A DNA stretch of 64,000 nt from Heptranchias perlo (lineage: Eukaryota), in contig NW_027139224.1 in assembly GCF_035084215.1 (NCBI RefSeq), positions 248,001 through 312,000 of the forward strand, written 5' to 3'. The number at the start of each line of letters is the position of its first letter. Position 1 is the stretch's first letter. Position numbers and translations under genes: made by a program. This document shows positions 26,101 to 38,334 of the stretch, piece after piece. Under the pieces are notes generated by a model that saw nothing but the letters and a program-made list of their open reading frames with translations, searched no databases and was not told the origin of the DNA.

Positions 26101-26230
26101 CCTGTCCATCACTGGACTGTGTCGGAGTTTCCCACATGTCTATGGGAAGTCTCTAATGTTCTGCCATTTGTGCTGTAACATTTGAACCTGCTCATCCCCG
26201 TGTGGGACAGATCCTGTCCTCATTTCCTAC

Positions 26231-26356
26231 CTCTCTTCTTCCAGACAACGGCACCAATGACGAGAGCAATCAGGACGACGGCAGCAAGAACAATTCCAAC
26301 AATTAAACCCAGATTCGGTCCCTCTGAAGATCCCGGAGTCACTCGGAACGTCCCAT
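26231..26356 (-). CDS. MHC class I heavy chain exon 5, connecting peptide and transmembrane segment
   Basis: CCCCCCACAG| acceptor and |GTAGGA donor; 126 nt; LGLIVGIVLAAVVLIALVIGAVVW-KKR. Confidence 0.92.
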
Positions 26357-27224
26357 CTGTGGGGGGAATAAGGAGGAGGAGAGAAATGAATAACGACAGT
26401 CGCTGCTGATTAGGAAGTAATGAGACCAAAGCTGTGCCTGAGACTGAGTTCGATTCGAGTCTGCGATGTGATGGGCAGTCTGATCAGAGCAAGTTGGAGG
26501 TTAGAAAGTTCAGCGTGGCTTTGATTCCACTCCTGGGAAGCACTTTGGGACGTTTCTCTCCATTAAAGGCACTTTATAAATACAAGTTGTTGCTTGTCTG
26601 CAGATATTGGAATTACCCATCAGTCCAAAGTCATTACTAGTCCCCTCCACAAGTGATGAATCCCCAGCACAGTCTCAGAGTCGGCTGGTGGAAGTATAGT
26701 GATGGGTGATACGGCCTTTCTATGGAAGGTTGAGGAGTTCAATGGACTAACGGCCTCCTTCACCTGACACACAGATCCCAGCCAGTCAATAACTCAGTGT
26801 AACCCAGATATATGGTGCTGCTCATTATAGACAGGCAGGTTTGGAAATCTCTTGTATTTCTGAATAAAATTTCCCCATTACCGTGGGCTGAAACTCACGA
26901 TATTCTCACTTTCCTTCATTTCAGACAGAACAGAATCTCTGGTTTAACTGAGCCTCAATCTCCAGCTCTGCAGAATGGGAGTGTTGGTGACTCATTACAA
27001 TGGGGGCTCCCACCAGACCCCCTCCTCCCCGAAAATCCAGTCTCACCTCAAGGCCAGAATCAGCAGAGGGGGCGAGGGGGGGATATGAGGGAAGAGACGG
27101 CAGTCGCGACTCCCAGTTCCCAAGGAGGGTGTCGATGGGAACGCTCTCCCCTCAGGGAGAGGTTATGGGGCTCGGGCCCACTCCAGGAATCACACTTAAT
27201 ACAGGCTGAGATTTCAGTGTAGCA

Positions 27225-27825
27225 GAGTGAGGGCCAGGGTCAGGGGTCAGAGGGAGGGTCAGGGTCAGAGGGAGGGTCAGGGTCAGAGGGAGGGCCAGGG
27301 GTTAGAGAGAGGGCCAGGGTCAGAGGGAGGGTCAGGGTCAGAGGGAGGGTCAGGGTCAGGGATCAGAGGGAGGGTCAGGGTCAGAGGCAGGGCCAGGGTC
27401 AGGGATCAGAGGGAGGGTCAGGGTCAGAGGCAGGGCCAGGGTCAGATGGAGGGTCAGGGGTCAGAGGGAGGGCCAGGATCAGGGGTCAGAGGGAGGGTCA
27501 GGGTCAGAGGGAGGGCCAGGGTCAGGGATCAGAGAGAGGGTCAGGGTCAGAGGGAGGGTCAGGGTCAGATGGAGGGTCAGGGGTCAGAGGGAGGGCCAGG
27601 GTCAGGGATCAGAGGGAGGGTCAGGGTCAGAGGGAGGGCCAGGGTCAGGGATCAGAGGGAGGGTCAGGGTCAGAGGCAGGGCCAGGGTCAGATAGAGGGT
27701 CAGGGGTCAGAGGGAGGGCCAGGGGTCAGATGGAAGGCCAGGGGACAGATAGAGGGTCAGGGGTCAGAGGCAGGGCCAGGGTCAGATGGAGGGCCAGGGG
27801 TCAGATGGAAGGCCAGGGGTCAGAG
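27225..27825. repeat. G-rich AGGGTC-based compound minisatellite, intron 4
   Basis: Repeated AGGGTCAGAGGG/AGGGCC units. Confidence 0.9.
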
Positions 27826-28249
27826 GGCTGGGGGAAATCGGGCGGGGTCAGGGCCTGAACACCATCACTGCGAGGGCCTCACACTGTGATTGACAGGCCG
27901 GTCGGCCGCCCATGACTTTGCCTGATTTGGGGAATGGGGCTTTGAAGGTGCTGCTCGTCTCCCGGAGGTGCCTCTCCTGCTGATCAGTGGGAGCGATGAG
28001 CCGCAGCCCCGGGGGACTGACTGTGGATCTACCGGAGTGGGACATGTTACCCTCTCCCAGGAGCTCAGCACATCTGCTCCCTCATCACCCCCTCAACCAA
28101 TCCCCACCGTGGGGCCAGCAAGAAACCTCGAGCACAGAGAGAGGCAACTGAGAAACGGAGAGAAGGCTTTAAAGCAGCAATTTGGTGAGAGTGGGAATTC
28201 GGTGCAGAGGGGGAGGAGGTGCTCAGGAATTTAAACCGAGGGACAACAG

Positions 28250-31180
28250 TAAAAGAGAAAGAGGGAGGGAACGGAGCACTGGGAGTAAAGAGAAAGAGGG
28301 AGAGAACGGAGCACTGGGAGTAAAGAGAGAGAGGGAGGGAGCGGAGCACTGGGAGCAAAGAGAGAGAGGGAGGGAACGGAGCACTGGGAGTAAAGAGAGA
28401 GAGGGAGGGAACGGAGCACTGGGAGTAAAGAGAAAGAAGGAGGGAACGGAGCACTGGGAGTAAAGAGAAAGAAGGAGGGAACGGAGCACTGGGAGTAAAG
28501 AGAGAGAGTGAGGGAACGGAGCACTGGGAGTAAAGAGAGAGAGGGAGAGAACGGAGCACTGGGAGTAAAGAGAGAGAGGGAGAGAACGGAGCACTGGGAG
28601 TAAAGAGAGAGAGGGAGGGAACGGAGCACTGGGAGTAAAGAGAGAGAGTGAGGGAACAGAGCACTGGGAGTAAAGAGAGAGAGGGAGGGAACGGAGCACT
28701 GGGAGTAAAGAGAAAGAGGGAGGGAACGGAGCACTGGGAGTAAAGAGAAAGAGGGAGGGAACGGAGCACTGGGAGTAAAGAGAGGGAGGGAACGGAGCAC
28801 TCGGAGCAAAGAGAAAGAGGGAGGGAACGGAGCACTGGGAGTAAAGAGAGAGAGGGAGAGAACGGAGCACTGGGAGTAAAGAGAAAGAGGGAGAGAACGG
28901 AGCACTGGGAGTAAAGAGAGAGAGGGAGGGAACGGAGCACTGGGAGTACAGAGAGAGAGGGAGAGAACGGAGCACTGGGAGTAAAGAGAAAGAGGGAGGG
29001 AACGGCGCACTGGGAGTAAAGAGAGAGAGGGAGAGAACGGAGCACTGGGAGTAAAGAGAGAGAGGGAGGGAACGGAGCACTGGGAGTAAAGAGAAAGAGG
29101 GAGGGAACGGAGCACTGGGAGTAAAGAGAGAGAGGGAGAGAACGGAGCACTGGGAGTAAAGAGAGAGAGGGAGGGAACGGAGCACTGGGAGTAAAGAGAG
29201 AGAGGGAGGGAACGGAGCACTGGGAGTAAAGAGAGAGAGGGAGGGAACAGAGCACTGGGAGTAAAGAGAGAGAGGGAGGGAACGGAGCACTGGGAGTAAA
29301 GAGAAAGAGGGAGGGAACGGAGCACTGGGAGTAAAGAGAAAGAGGGAGGGAACGGAGCACTGGGAGTAAAGAGAAAGAGGGAGGGAACGGAGCACTGGGA
29401 GTAAAGAGAGAGAGGGAGGGAACGGAGCACTGGGAGTAAAGAGAGGGAGGGAACGGAGCACTCGGAGCAAAGAGAAAGAGGGAGGGAACGGAGCACTGGG
29501 AGTAAAGAGAGAGAGGGAGGGAACGGAGCACTGGGAGTAAAGAGAAAGAGGGAGGGAACGGAGCACTGGGAGTGAAGAGAAAGAAGGAGGGAGCGGAGCA
29601 CTGGGAGTAAAGAGAGAGAGGGAGGGAACGGAGCACTGGGAGTAAAGAGAGAGAGGGAGGGAACGGAGCACTGGGAGTAAAGAGAGAGAGGGAGGGAACG
29701 GAGCACTGGGAGTAAAGAGAAAGAGGGAGGGAACGGAGCACTGGGAGTAAAGAGAAAAAGGGAGGGAACGGAGCACTGGGAGCAAAGAGAGAGAGGGAGG
29801 GAACGGAGCACTGGGAGTAAAGAGAGAGAGGGAGGGAACGGAGCACTGGGAGTAAAGAGAGAGAGGGAGGGAACGGAGCACTGGGAGCAAAGAGAGAGAG
29901 GGAGGGAACGGAGCACTGGGAGCAAAGAGAGAGAGGGAGGGAACGGAGCACTGGGAGTAAAGAGAGAGAGGGAGGGAACGGAGCACTGGGAGTAAAGAGA
30001 GAGAGGGAGGGAACGGAGCACTGGGAGTAAAGAGAGAGAGGAAGGGAACGGAGCACTGGGAGTAAAGAGAGAGAGGGAGGGAACGGAGCACTGGGAGTAA
30101 AGAGAGAGAGGGAGGGAACGGAGCACTGGGAGTAAAGAGAGAGAGGGAGGGAACGGAGCACTGGGAGTAAAGAGAGAGAGGAAGGGAACGGAGCACTGGG
30201 AGTAAAGAGAGAGAGGAAGGGAACGGAGCACTGGGAGTAAAGAGAGAGAGGAAGGGAACGGAGCACTGGGAGTAAAGAGAGAGAGGGAGGGAACGGAGCA
30301 CTGGGAGTAAAGAGAGAGAGGAAGGGAACGGAGCACTGGGAGTAAAGAGAAAAAGGGAGGGAACGGAGCACTGGGAGTAAAGAGAGAGAGGGAGGGAACG
30401 GAGCACTGGGAGTAAAGAGAGAGAGGGAGGGAACGGAGCACTGGGAGTAAAGAGAGAGAGGGAGGGAACGGAGCACTGGGAGTAAAGAGAAAGAGAGAGG
30501 GAACGGAGCACTGGGAGTAAAGAGAGAGAGGGAGGGAACGGAGCACTGGGAGTAAAGAGAGAGAGGGAGGGAACGGAGCACTGGGAGTAAAGAGAAAGAG
30601 AGAGGGAACGGAGCACTGGGAGTAAAGAGAGAGAGGGGGGGAACGGAGCACTGGGAGTAAAGAGAGAGAGGGAGGGAACGGAGCACTGGGAGTAAAGAGA
30701 GAGAGGGAGGGAATGGAGCACTGGGAGTAAAGAGAGAGGGAGGGAACGGAGCACTGGGAGTAAAGAGAGAGAGGGAGGGAACGGAGCACTGGGAGTAAAG
30801 AGAAAGAGGGAGAGAACGGAGCACTGGGATTAAAGAGAAAGAGGGAGAGAACGGAGCACTGGGAGTAAAGAGAGAGAGGGAGGGAACGGAGCACTGGGAG
30901 TAAAGAGAGAGAGGGAGGGAACGGAGCACTGGGAGTAAGGAGAGAGAGGGAGGGAACGGAGCACTGGGAGTAAAGAGAGAGAGGGAGGGAACGGAGCACT
31001 GGGAGTAAAGAGAGAGAGGGAGGGAACGGAGCACTGGGATTAAAGAGAAAGAGGGAGGGAACGGAGCACTGGGATTAAAGAGAAAGAGGGAGGGAACGGA
31101 GCACTGGGAGTAAAGAGAGAGAGGGAGGGAACGGAGCACTGGGAGTAAAGAGAGAGAGGGGGGGAGAGGGGGGGAACGGA
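28250..31180. repeat. 35-bp purine-rich minisatellite (GAGGGAACGGAGCACTGGGAGTAAAGAGAGAGAGG), about 83 copies, intron 4
   Basis: Read directly; source of the 843-1053 aa ORFs. Confidence 0.98.
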
Positions 31181-31890
31181 TATGGGGACGGTGCCAGAGG
31201 ACTGGAGGATTGTAAATGTTACACACTGTTCAAAAAAGGGGAGAGGGATAAACCCGGGAAATCCAGGCCAGTCAGTCTAACGTCAGTGGAGGGGAAACTT
31301 TAAGACAATAATCTGGGACAAAATTAATTGAGACTTGGAAAAGTCTGGGTTAATAAAAGAAAGTCAGCACGGATTTGTGAAAGGCAAATCGTGTTTGACC
31401 AACTTGATTGAGTTCTTTGATGAAGTAACGGAGAGGGTCAATGAGGGCAGTGAGGTGGATGTTGTGTATATGGACTTTCAAAAGGCATTTGATTAAGTGC
31501 CACATAATAGACTTGTCAGTAAAATTAAAGCCATGGGATTAAAGGGACAGTGGTAAATTGGCTCAGGGACAGAAAGCAGAGAGTAGTGGTGAAGGGTTGT
31601 TTCTCAGACTGGAGGGAAGTTTACAGTGGGGTTCCCCAGGGCTCAGTATTAGGACCACTGCTCTTTTTGAGAGATATTAATGACCTGGACTTGGGTATAG
31701 AGGGTATAATTTCAAAGTTTGCAGCTGACACGAAACTCGGAAATGTAGTAAACAATGTGGAGGACAGTAACAGAGTTCAGGAGGACACAGACAGACTGGT
31801 GAAATGGGCAGACACATGGCAGATGAAGTTTAACACAGAGAAGTGTGAAGTGATGTATTTTGGAAGGAAGAATGAGGAGAGGCGATAGAA
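31180..31890 (+). mobile_element. CR1 LINE RT fragment, intron 4
   Basis: [35 protein letters not shown]. Confidence 0.88.
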
Positions 31891-31944
31891 ACATCTTTAA
31901 TCCTCAGCCTCAGACTCTCCCCCTGCACTCACTGATCCTCTTAC

Positions 31945-32220
31945 CCCAGTCTCGGGTCTCCACTCCTGCTTTGCTGCTGTGATCCACCTGACAGGAGTAG
32001 GTGGCTCCGTCCTCGGGCCCGATCTCAACCCATCTCTTGATCTGGTAGGTGCCATCGTGGTTGGGCAGGATGCCAGTGGAATCAGTGTCTGAGATCGGCC
32101 GTCCATTTCTCAGGAGGGTGAGTTCGATATCTCGAGGGTAAAACCCCGTGACCAGGCAGGAGAGTTGGGCCGGTTTAGTGTCTGAGGCCTTGTCCACAGA
32201 AAGAAACACTTGGGGAGTAA
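31945..32220 (-). CDS. MHC class I heavy chain exon 4, alpha3 Ig C1 domain
   Basis: LSCLVTGFYPRDI..GILPNHDGTYQ..YSCQVDH; CTCTCAG| acceptor and |GTAAGA donor; 276 nt. Confidence 0.97.
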
Positions 32221-32261
32221 CTGAGAGTAAAACAGATCAGAGCCGAGTCAGTGTGAGACAG

Positions 32262-32630
32262 GGAACGGTGCAAACCCCTTTAAACTGGGGATTAGACCCC
32301 AGGCAACGGGACAAACCCCTTTAAACTGGGGATTAGACCCCAGGGAACGGGACAAACCCCTTTAAACTGGGGATTAGACCCCAGGGAACGGTACAAACCC
32401 CTTTAAACTGGGGATTAGACCCCAGGGAACGGGACAAACCCCTTTAAACTGGGGATTAGACCCCAGGGAACGGGACAAACCCCTTTAAACTGGGGATTGG
32501 ACCCCAGGGAACGGGACAAACCCCTTTAAACTGGGGATTAGACCCCAGGGAACGGGACAAACCCCTTTAAACTGGGGATTAGACCCCAGGGAACGGGACA
32601 AACCCCTTTAAACTGGGGATTAGACCCCAG
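32262..32630. repeat. 41-bp minisatellite, about 9 copies, intron 3
   Basis: CAGGGAACGGGACAAACCCCTTTAAACTGGGGATTAGACCC. Confidence 0.95.
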
Positions 32631-32881
32631 TCCCCCCCTCACTCACCGACTCTCACTCCCCCCCTCACTCACCGACTCTCACTCCCCCCCTCACTCACCG
32701 AATCTCACTCCCCCCTCACTCACCGACTCTCACTCCCCCCCCTCACTCACCGACTCTCGCTCCCCCCTCACTCACCGACTCTCGCTCCCCCCCCCTCACT
32801 CACCTACTCTCACTCCCCCCCTCACTCACCGTCTCTCACTCCCCCCTCACTCACCGACTCTCACTCCCCCCCCTCACTCAC
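32631..32881. repeat. About 26-bp minisatellite containing copies of the exon 3 splice donor, about 10 copies
   Basis: Minus-strand unit CG/GTGAGTGAG(G)nAGTGAGAGT. Confidence 0.93.
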
Positions 32882-33154
32882 CGGCCCTCAGTTCCCTCTT
32901 TCCGTACTCGAGGTATTTCCTCAGCCACTTGATGCACTCCTCCTCCAGGTATCCCTTCCTCTGCTGGTTCCTGGCCTTGTCCTGGTCCAACTTGTTCTTG
33001 GTGATCTCTCCCCACTGTACCGGTGTTACCCACACCATCTGATCCTTATCGAAGTTGATCAAATCCTCCCCGTCCCAGGCGTATTGATAGAACCCTCTCG
33101 TGGTCCCATCATCCCCCAGCTCACAGCCGTACATCATCTGGACCGTGTGGATTC
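32882..33154 (-). CDS. MHC class I heavy chain exon 3, alpha2
   Basis: GIHTVQMMYGCEL..YAWDGEDLINFD..ITKNKL..GYLEEECIKWLRKYL; TGACAG| acceptor and |GTGAGT donor; 273 nt. Confidence 0.97.
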
Positions 33155-33172
33155 CTGTCAATCAAACACAGG

Positions 33173-33554
33173 GGGTCAGTCAGACCCACACCCCCTGCCC
33201 AGGGTCAGGGGTCAGACCCACAACACCCACCCAGGGTCAGGGGTCAGACCCACACCCACCGCCCAGGGTCAGACCCACACCCACCACCCAGGGTCAGGTG
33301 TCAGACCCACACCCACCGCCCAGGGTCAGGGGTCAGACCCACACCCACCGCCCAGGGTCAGGGGTCAGACCCACACCCACCGCCCAGGGTCAGACCCACA
33401 CCCACCGCCCAGGGTCAGGGGTCAGACCCACACACACCGCCCAGGGTCAGGGATCAGACCCACACCCACCGCCCAGGGTCAGGGGTCAGACCCACACCCA
33501 CCGCCCAGGGTCAGGGGTCAGACGCACACCCACCGCCCAGGGTCAGGGGTCAGA
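33173..33554. repeat. 25-32-bp minisatellite next to the exon 3 acceptor, intron 2
   Basis: TCAGACCCACACCCACCGCCCAGGG(TCAGGGG). Confidence 0.93.
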
Positions 33555-33954
33555 GTGAAGGAATACTGCGGAGTGATCCTCGACCCCCAGACCCCTCCTC
33601 CGCAGGCCGCACCACCCCTCTCCCCCCCCGGACCGCCCTGACACCTCCCCTCAGACCGCCCTCTAATCGATGACATTCTCAGACCCCACTCTGTGTATTT
33701 AAAGGACCCCCGGGAACGCCGTTGATGATCTCGAGCTTCGGGGCCGGGGGGAACTTCCCCTTTAAACTGATTAAATGTCGGCCGAATGTGGGGGCGGGGT
33801 CAGAATCCCAGACCCTGTCGAGGAACCAATCGGTGAGCCCGAGAGAAACGGCCGATCGAAGGACGCTCCCTATTGGCCGCTCCCCCCGCGGGGGGTGGGA
33901 CTGACCCCGGAACCCGCCCCCCCCCCCGGGCCCCGGATGAGGCCGAGGACTCAC

Positions 33955-34215
33955 CGCCCGATTGGTTGGTCCGGGTCGAGAGGGTCTGAATATCGACTTT
34001 CCCGGTTCGCTCCGCGCTCCGCACTTTCCATGTCTCCCGTTCCCAGTACTCGGGCCCCTCACGCTCCTCCATCCAGCGCTGCCGCGGTATCATCGTCCTC
34101 CGCTCGCTGTTATATTCAACAAACTGGGCCTCGTCCACATAACCGACAACAACAAACTCCGGAAAACCAGGGATCGGGGTCATTGAGGTATAAAAATACC
34201 GGAGAGAGTGAGAGC
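33955..34215 (-). CDS. MHC class I heavy chain exon 2, alpha1
   Basis: GSHSLRYFYTSMTPIPGFPEFVVVGYVD..PEYWERET..LSTRTNQSG; GTTTCAG| acceptor and |GTGAGT donor; 261 nt; N86 sequon NQS. Confidence 0.97.
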
Positions 34216-34224
34216 CTGAAACAC

Positions 34225-37200
34225 AGAGAGAGAGAGATCAGGCCATGAACCCCAAAACACCAACCCCAGAGAGAGAGAGATCAGGGCATGAACCCCAAAA
34301 CACCAACCCCAGAGAGAGAGAGAGATCAGGGCATGAACCCCAAAACACCAACCCCAGAGAGAGAGAGAGATCAGGGCATGAACCCCAATACACCAACCCC
34401 AGAGAGAGAGAGATCAGGGCATGAACCCCAAAACACCAACCCCAGAGAGAGAGAGATCAGGGCATGAACCCCAAAACACCAACCCCAGAGAGAGAGAGAG
34501 ATCAGGGCATGAACCCCAAAACACCAACCCCAGAGAGAGAGAGATCAGGGCATGAACCCCAAAACACCAACCCCAGAGAGAGAGAGAGCTCAGGGCATGA
34601 ACCCCAAAACACCAACCCCAGAGAGAGAGAGATCAGGGCATGAACCCCAAAACACCAACCCCAGAGAGAGAGAGAGATCAGGGCATGAACCCCAAAACAC
34701 CAACCCCAGAGAGAGAGAGATCAGGGCATGAACCCCAAAACACTAATCCCAGAGAGAGAGATCAGGGCATGAACCCCAAAACACCAACCCCAGAGAGAGA
34801 GAGATCAGGGCAGTAGCCCCAAAACACCAACCCTAGAGAGAGAGAGATCAGGGCATGAACCTCAAAACACCAACCCCAGAGAGAGAGAGATCAGGGCATG
34901 AACCCCAAAACACCAATCCCAGAGAGAGAGATCAGGGCATGAACCCCAAAACACCAACCCCAGAGAGAGAGAGATCAGGGCATGAACCCAAAAACACCAA
35001 CCCCAGAGAGAGAGAGATCAGGACATGAACCCCAAAACAACAACCCCAGAGAGAGAGAGATCAGGGCATGAACCCCAAAACACCAACCCCAGAGAGAGAG
35101 AGATCTGGGCATGAACCCCAAAACACCAACGCCAGAGAGAGAGAGATCAGGGCATGAATCCCAAAACACCAACCCCAGAGAGAGAGAGAGATCAGGGCAT
35201 GAACCCCAAAACACCAACCCCCAGAGAGAGAGAGAGATCAGGGCATGAACCCCAAAACACCAACCCCAGAGAGAGAGAGATCAGGGCATGAACCCCAAAA
35301 CACCAACCCCAGAGAGAGAGAGAGAGAGATCAGGGCATGAAGCCCAAAACACCAACCCCAGAGAGAGAGAGAGATCAGGGCATGAACCCCAAAACACCAA
35401 CCCCAGAGAGAGAGATCAGGGCATGAACCCCAAAACACCAACCCCAGAGAGAGAGAGATCAGGGCATGAACCCAAAAACACCAACCCCAGAGAGAGAGAG
35501 ATCAGGACATGAACCCCAAAACAACAACCCCAGAGAGAGAGAGATCAGGGCATGAACCCCAAAACACCAACCCCAGAGAGAGAGAGATCTGGGCATGAAC
35601 CCCAAAACACCAACGCCAGAGAGAGAGAGATCAGGGCATGAATCCCAAAACACCAACCCCAGAGAGAGAGAGAGATCAGGGCATGAACCCCAAAACACCA
35701 ACCCCCAGAGAGAGAGAGAGATCAGGGCATGAACCCCAAAACACCAACCCCAGAGAGAGAGAGATCAGGGCATGAACCCCAAAACACCAACCCCAGAGAG
35801 AGAGAGAGAGAGATCAGGGCATGAAGCCCAAAACACCAACCCCAGAGAGAGAGAGAGATCAGGGCATGAACCCCATAACACCAACCCCAGAGAGAGAGAT
35901 CAGGGCATGAACCCCAAAACACCAACCCCAGAGAGAGAGAGATCAGGGCATGAACCCCAAAACACCAACCTCAGAGAGAGATCAGGGCATGAACCCCAAA
36001 ACACCAACACCACAGAGAGAGATCAGGGCATGAACCCCAAAACACCAACCCCAGAGAGAGAGAGATCAGGGCATGAACCCAAAAACACCAACCCCAGAGA
36101 GAGAGAGATCAGGACATGAACCCCAAAACAACAACCCCAGAGAGAGAGAGAGATCAGGGCATGAACCCCAAAACACCAACCCCAGAGAGAGAGAGATCAG
36201 GGCATGAACCCCAAAACACGAACCCCAGAGAGAGAGAGATCAGGGCATGAACCCCAAAACACCAACCCCAGAGAGAGAGATCAGGGTATGAACCCCAAAA
36301 CACCAACCCCAGAAAGAGAGACATCAGGGCATGAACCCCAAAACACCAACCCCAGAGAGAGAGAGATCAGGGCATGGACCCCAAAACACCAACCCCAGAG
36401 AGAGAGAGATCAGGGCATGAACCCCAAAACACCTACCCCAGAGAGAGAGAGATCAGGGCATGAACCCCAAAACACCAACCCCAGAGAGAGAGGGAGATCA
36501 GGGCACGAACCCCAAAACACCAACCCCAGAGAGAGAGAGATCAGGGCATGAACCCCAAAACACCAACCCCAGAGAGAGAGATCAGGGCATGAACCCCAAA
36601 ACACCAACCCCAGAGAGAGAGAGATCAGGGCATGAACCCCAAAACACCAACCCCAGAGAGAGAGAGAGATCAGGGCATGAACCCCAAAACAACAACCCCA
36701 GAGAGAGAGAGAGATCAGGGCATGAACCCCAAAGCACCAACCCCAGAGAGAGAGATCAGGGCATGAACCCCAAAACACCAACCCCAGAGAGAGAGATCAG
36801 GGCATGAACCCCAAAACACCAACCCCAGAGAGAGAGAGATCAGGGCATTGACCCCAAAACACCAACCCCAGAGAGAGAGAGAGAGAGAGAGAGATCAGGG
36901 CATGAACCCCAAAACACCAACCCCAGAGAGAGAGAGATCAGGGCATGAACCCCAAAACACCAACACCAGAGAGAGAGAGAGAGATCAGGGCATGAACCCC
37001 AAAACACCAAACCCAGAGAGAGAGATCAGGGCATGAATCCCAAAACACCAACCCCAGAGAGAGAGATCAGGGCATGAACCCCAAAACACCAACCCCAGAG
37101 ATAGAGATCAGGGCATGAACCCCAAAACACCAACCCCAGAGAGAGAGAGATCAGGGCATTGACCCCAAAACACCAACCCCAGAGAGAGAGAGAGAGAGAG

Positions 37201-37876
37201 ATCAGGGCATGAACCCGAAAACACCAACCCCAGAGAGAGAGAGATCAGGGCATGAACCCCAAAACACCAACACCAGAGAGAGAGAGAGAGATCAGGGCAT
37301 GAACCCCAAAACACCAAACCCAGAGAGAGAGAGCAGGGCATGAATCCCAAAACACCAACCCCAGAGAGAGAGATCAGGGCATGAACCCCAAAAGACCAAC
37401 CCCAGAGAGAGAGATCAGGGCATGAACCCCAAAACACCAACCCCAGAGAGAGAGAGAGAGATCAGGGCATGAACCCCAAAACACCAACCACAGAGAGAGG
37501 GAGAGATCAGGGCATGAACCCCAAAATACCAACCCCAGAGAGAGAGAGAGAGATCAGGGCATGAACCCCAAAACACCAACCCCAGAGAGAGAGATCAGGG
37601 CATGAACCCCAAAACACCAACCCCAGAGAGAGAGAGATCAGGGCATGAACCCCAAAACACCAACACCAGAGAGAGAGAGAGAGATCAGGGCATGAACCCC
37701 AAAACACCAAACCCAGAGAGAGAGATCAGGGCATGAATCCCAAAACACCAACCCCAGAGAGAGATCAGGGCATGAACCCCAAAACAACAACCCCAGAGAG
37801 AGAGATCAGGGCATGAACCCCAAAAAACCAACCCCAGAGAGAGAGAGATCAGGGCATTGACCCCAAAACACCAACC

Positions 37877-37911
<35 letters not shown>

Positions 37912-38270
37912 AGGGCATGAACCCCAAAACACCAACCCCAGAGAGAGAGAGATCAGGGCATGAACCCCAAAACACCAACCCCAGAGAGAGAGAGATCAGG
38001 GCATGAACCCCAAAACACCAACACCAGAGAGAGAGAGAGATCAGGGCATGAACCCCAAAACACCAAACCCAGAGAGAGAGATCAGGGCATGAATCCCAAA
38101 ACACCAACTCCAGAGAGAGAGATCAGGGCATGAACCCCAAAACACCAACCCCAGAGAGAGAGATCAGGGCATGAACCCCAAAACACGAACCCCAGACAGC
38201 GAGACAGATCAGGGCATGAACCCCAAAACACCAACCCCAGAGAAAGAGAGATCAGGGCATGAACCCCAAC
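34225..38270. repeat. About 41-bp minisatellite with a variable (GA)n core, about 97 copies, at the 3' end of intron 1
   Basis: ATCAGGGCATGAACCCCAAAACACCAACCCC(AG)n. Confidence 0.98.
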
Positions 38271-38334
38271 CACATGCCAAATCCCCAAACAAATCCAACC
38301 CAACACAGATCCCCTGTAAATAAACCCCAACACA

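Noticed and set aside
25153-26178. 341-aa Pro/Gly-rich ORF
   Set aside because: It is the 28-bp minisatellite in intron 5, antisense to the class I gene.
27227-27889. 220-aa Gly/Gln/Arg-rich ORF
   Set aside because: It is a low-complexity AGGGTC repeat.
28065-31226. 843-1053-aa ORFs in all three minus-strand frames
   Set aside because: The 35-bp intronic minisatellite has no stops on that strand; being open in every frame indicates an artefact.
31910-31944. Alpha3 read-through giving a secreted class I isoform
   Set aside because: The donor GTAAGA is strong and I saw no nearby minus-strand poly(A) signal; nothing supports it beyond a short open frame.
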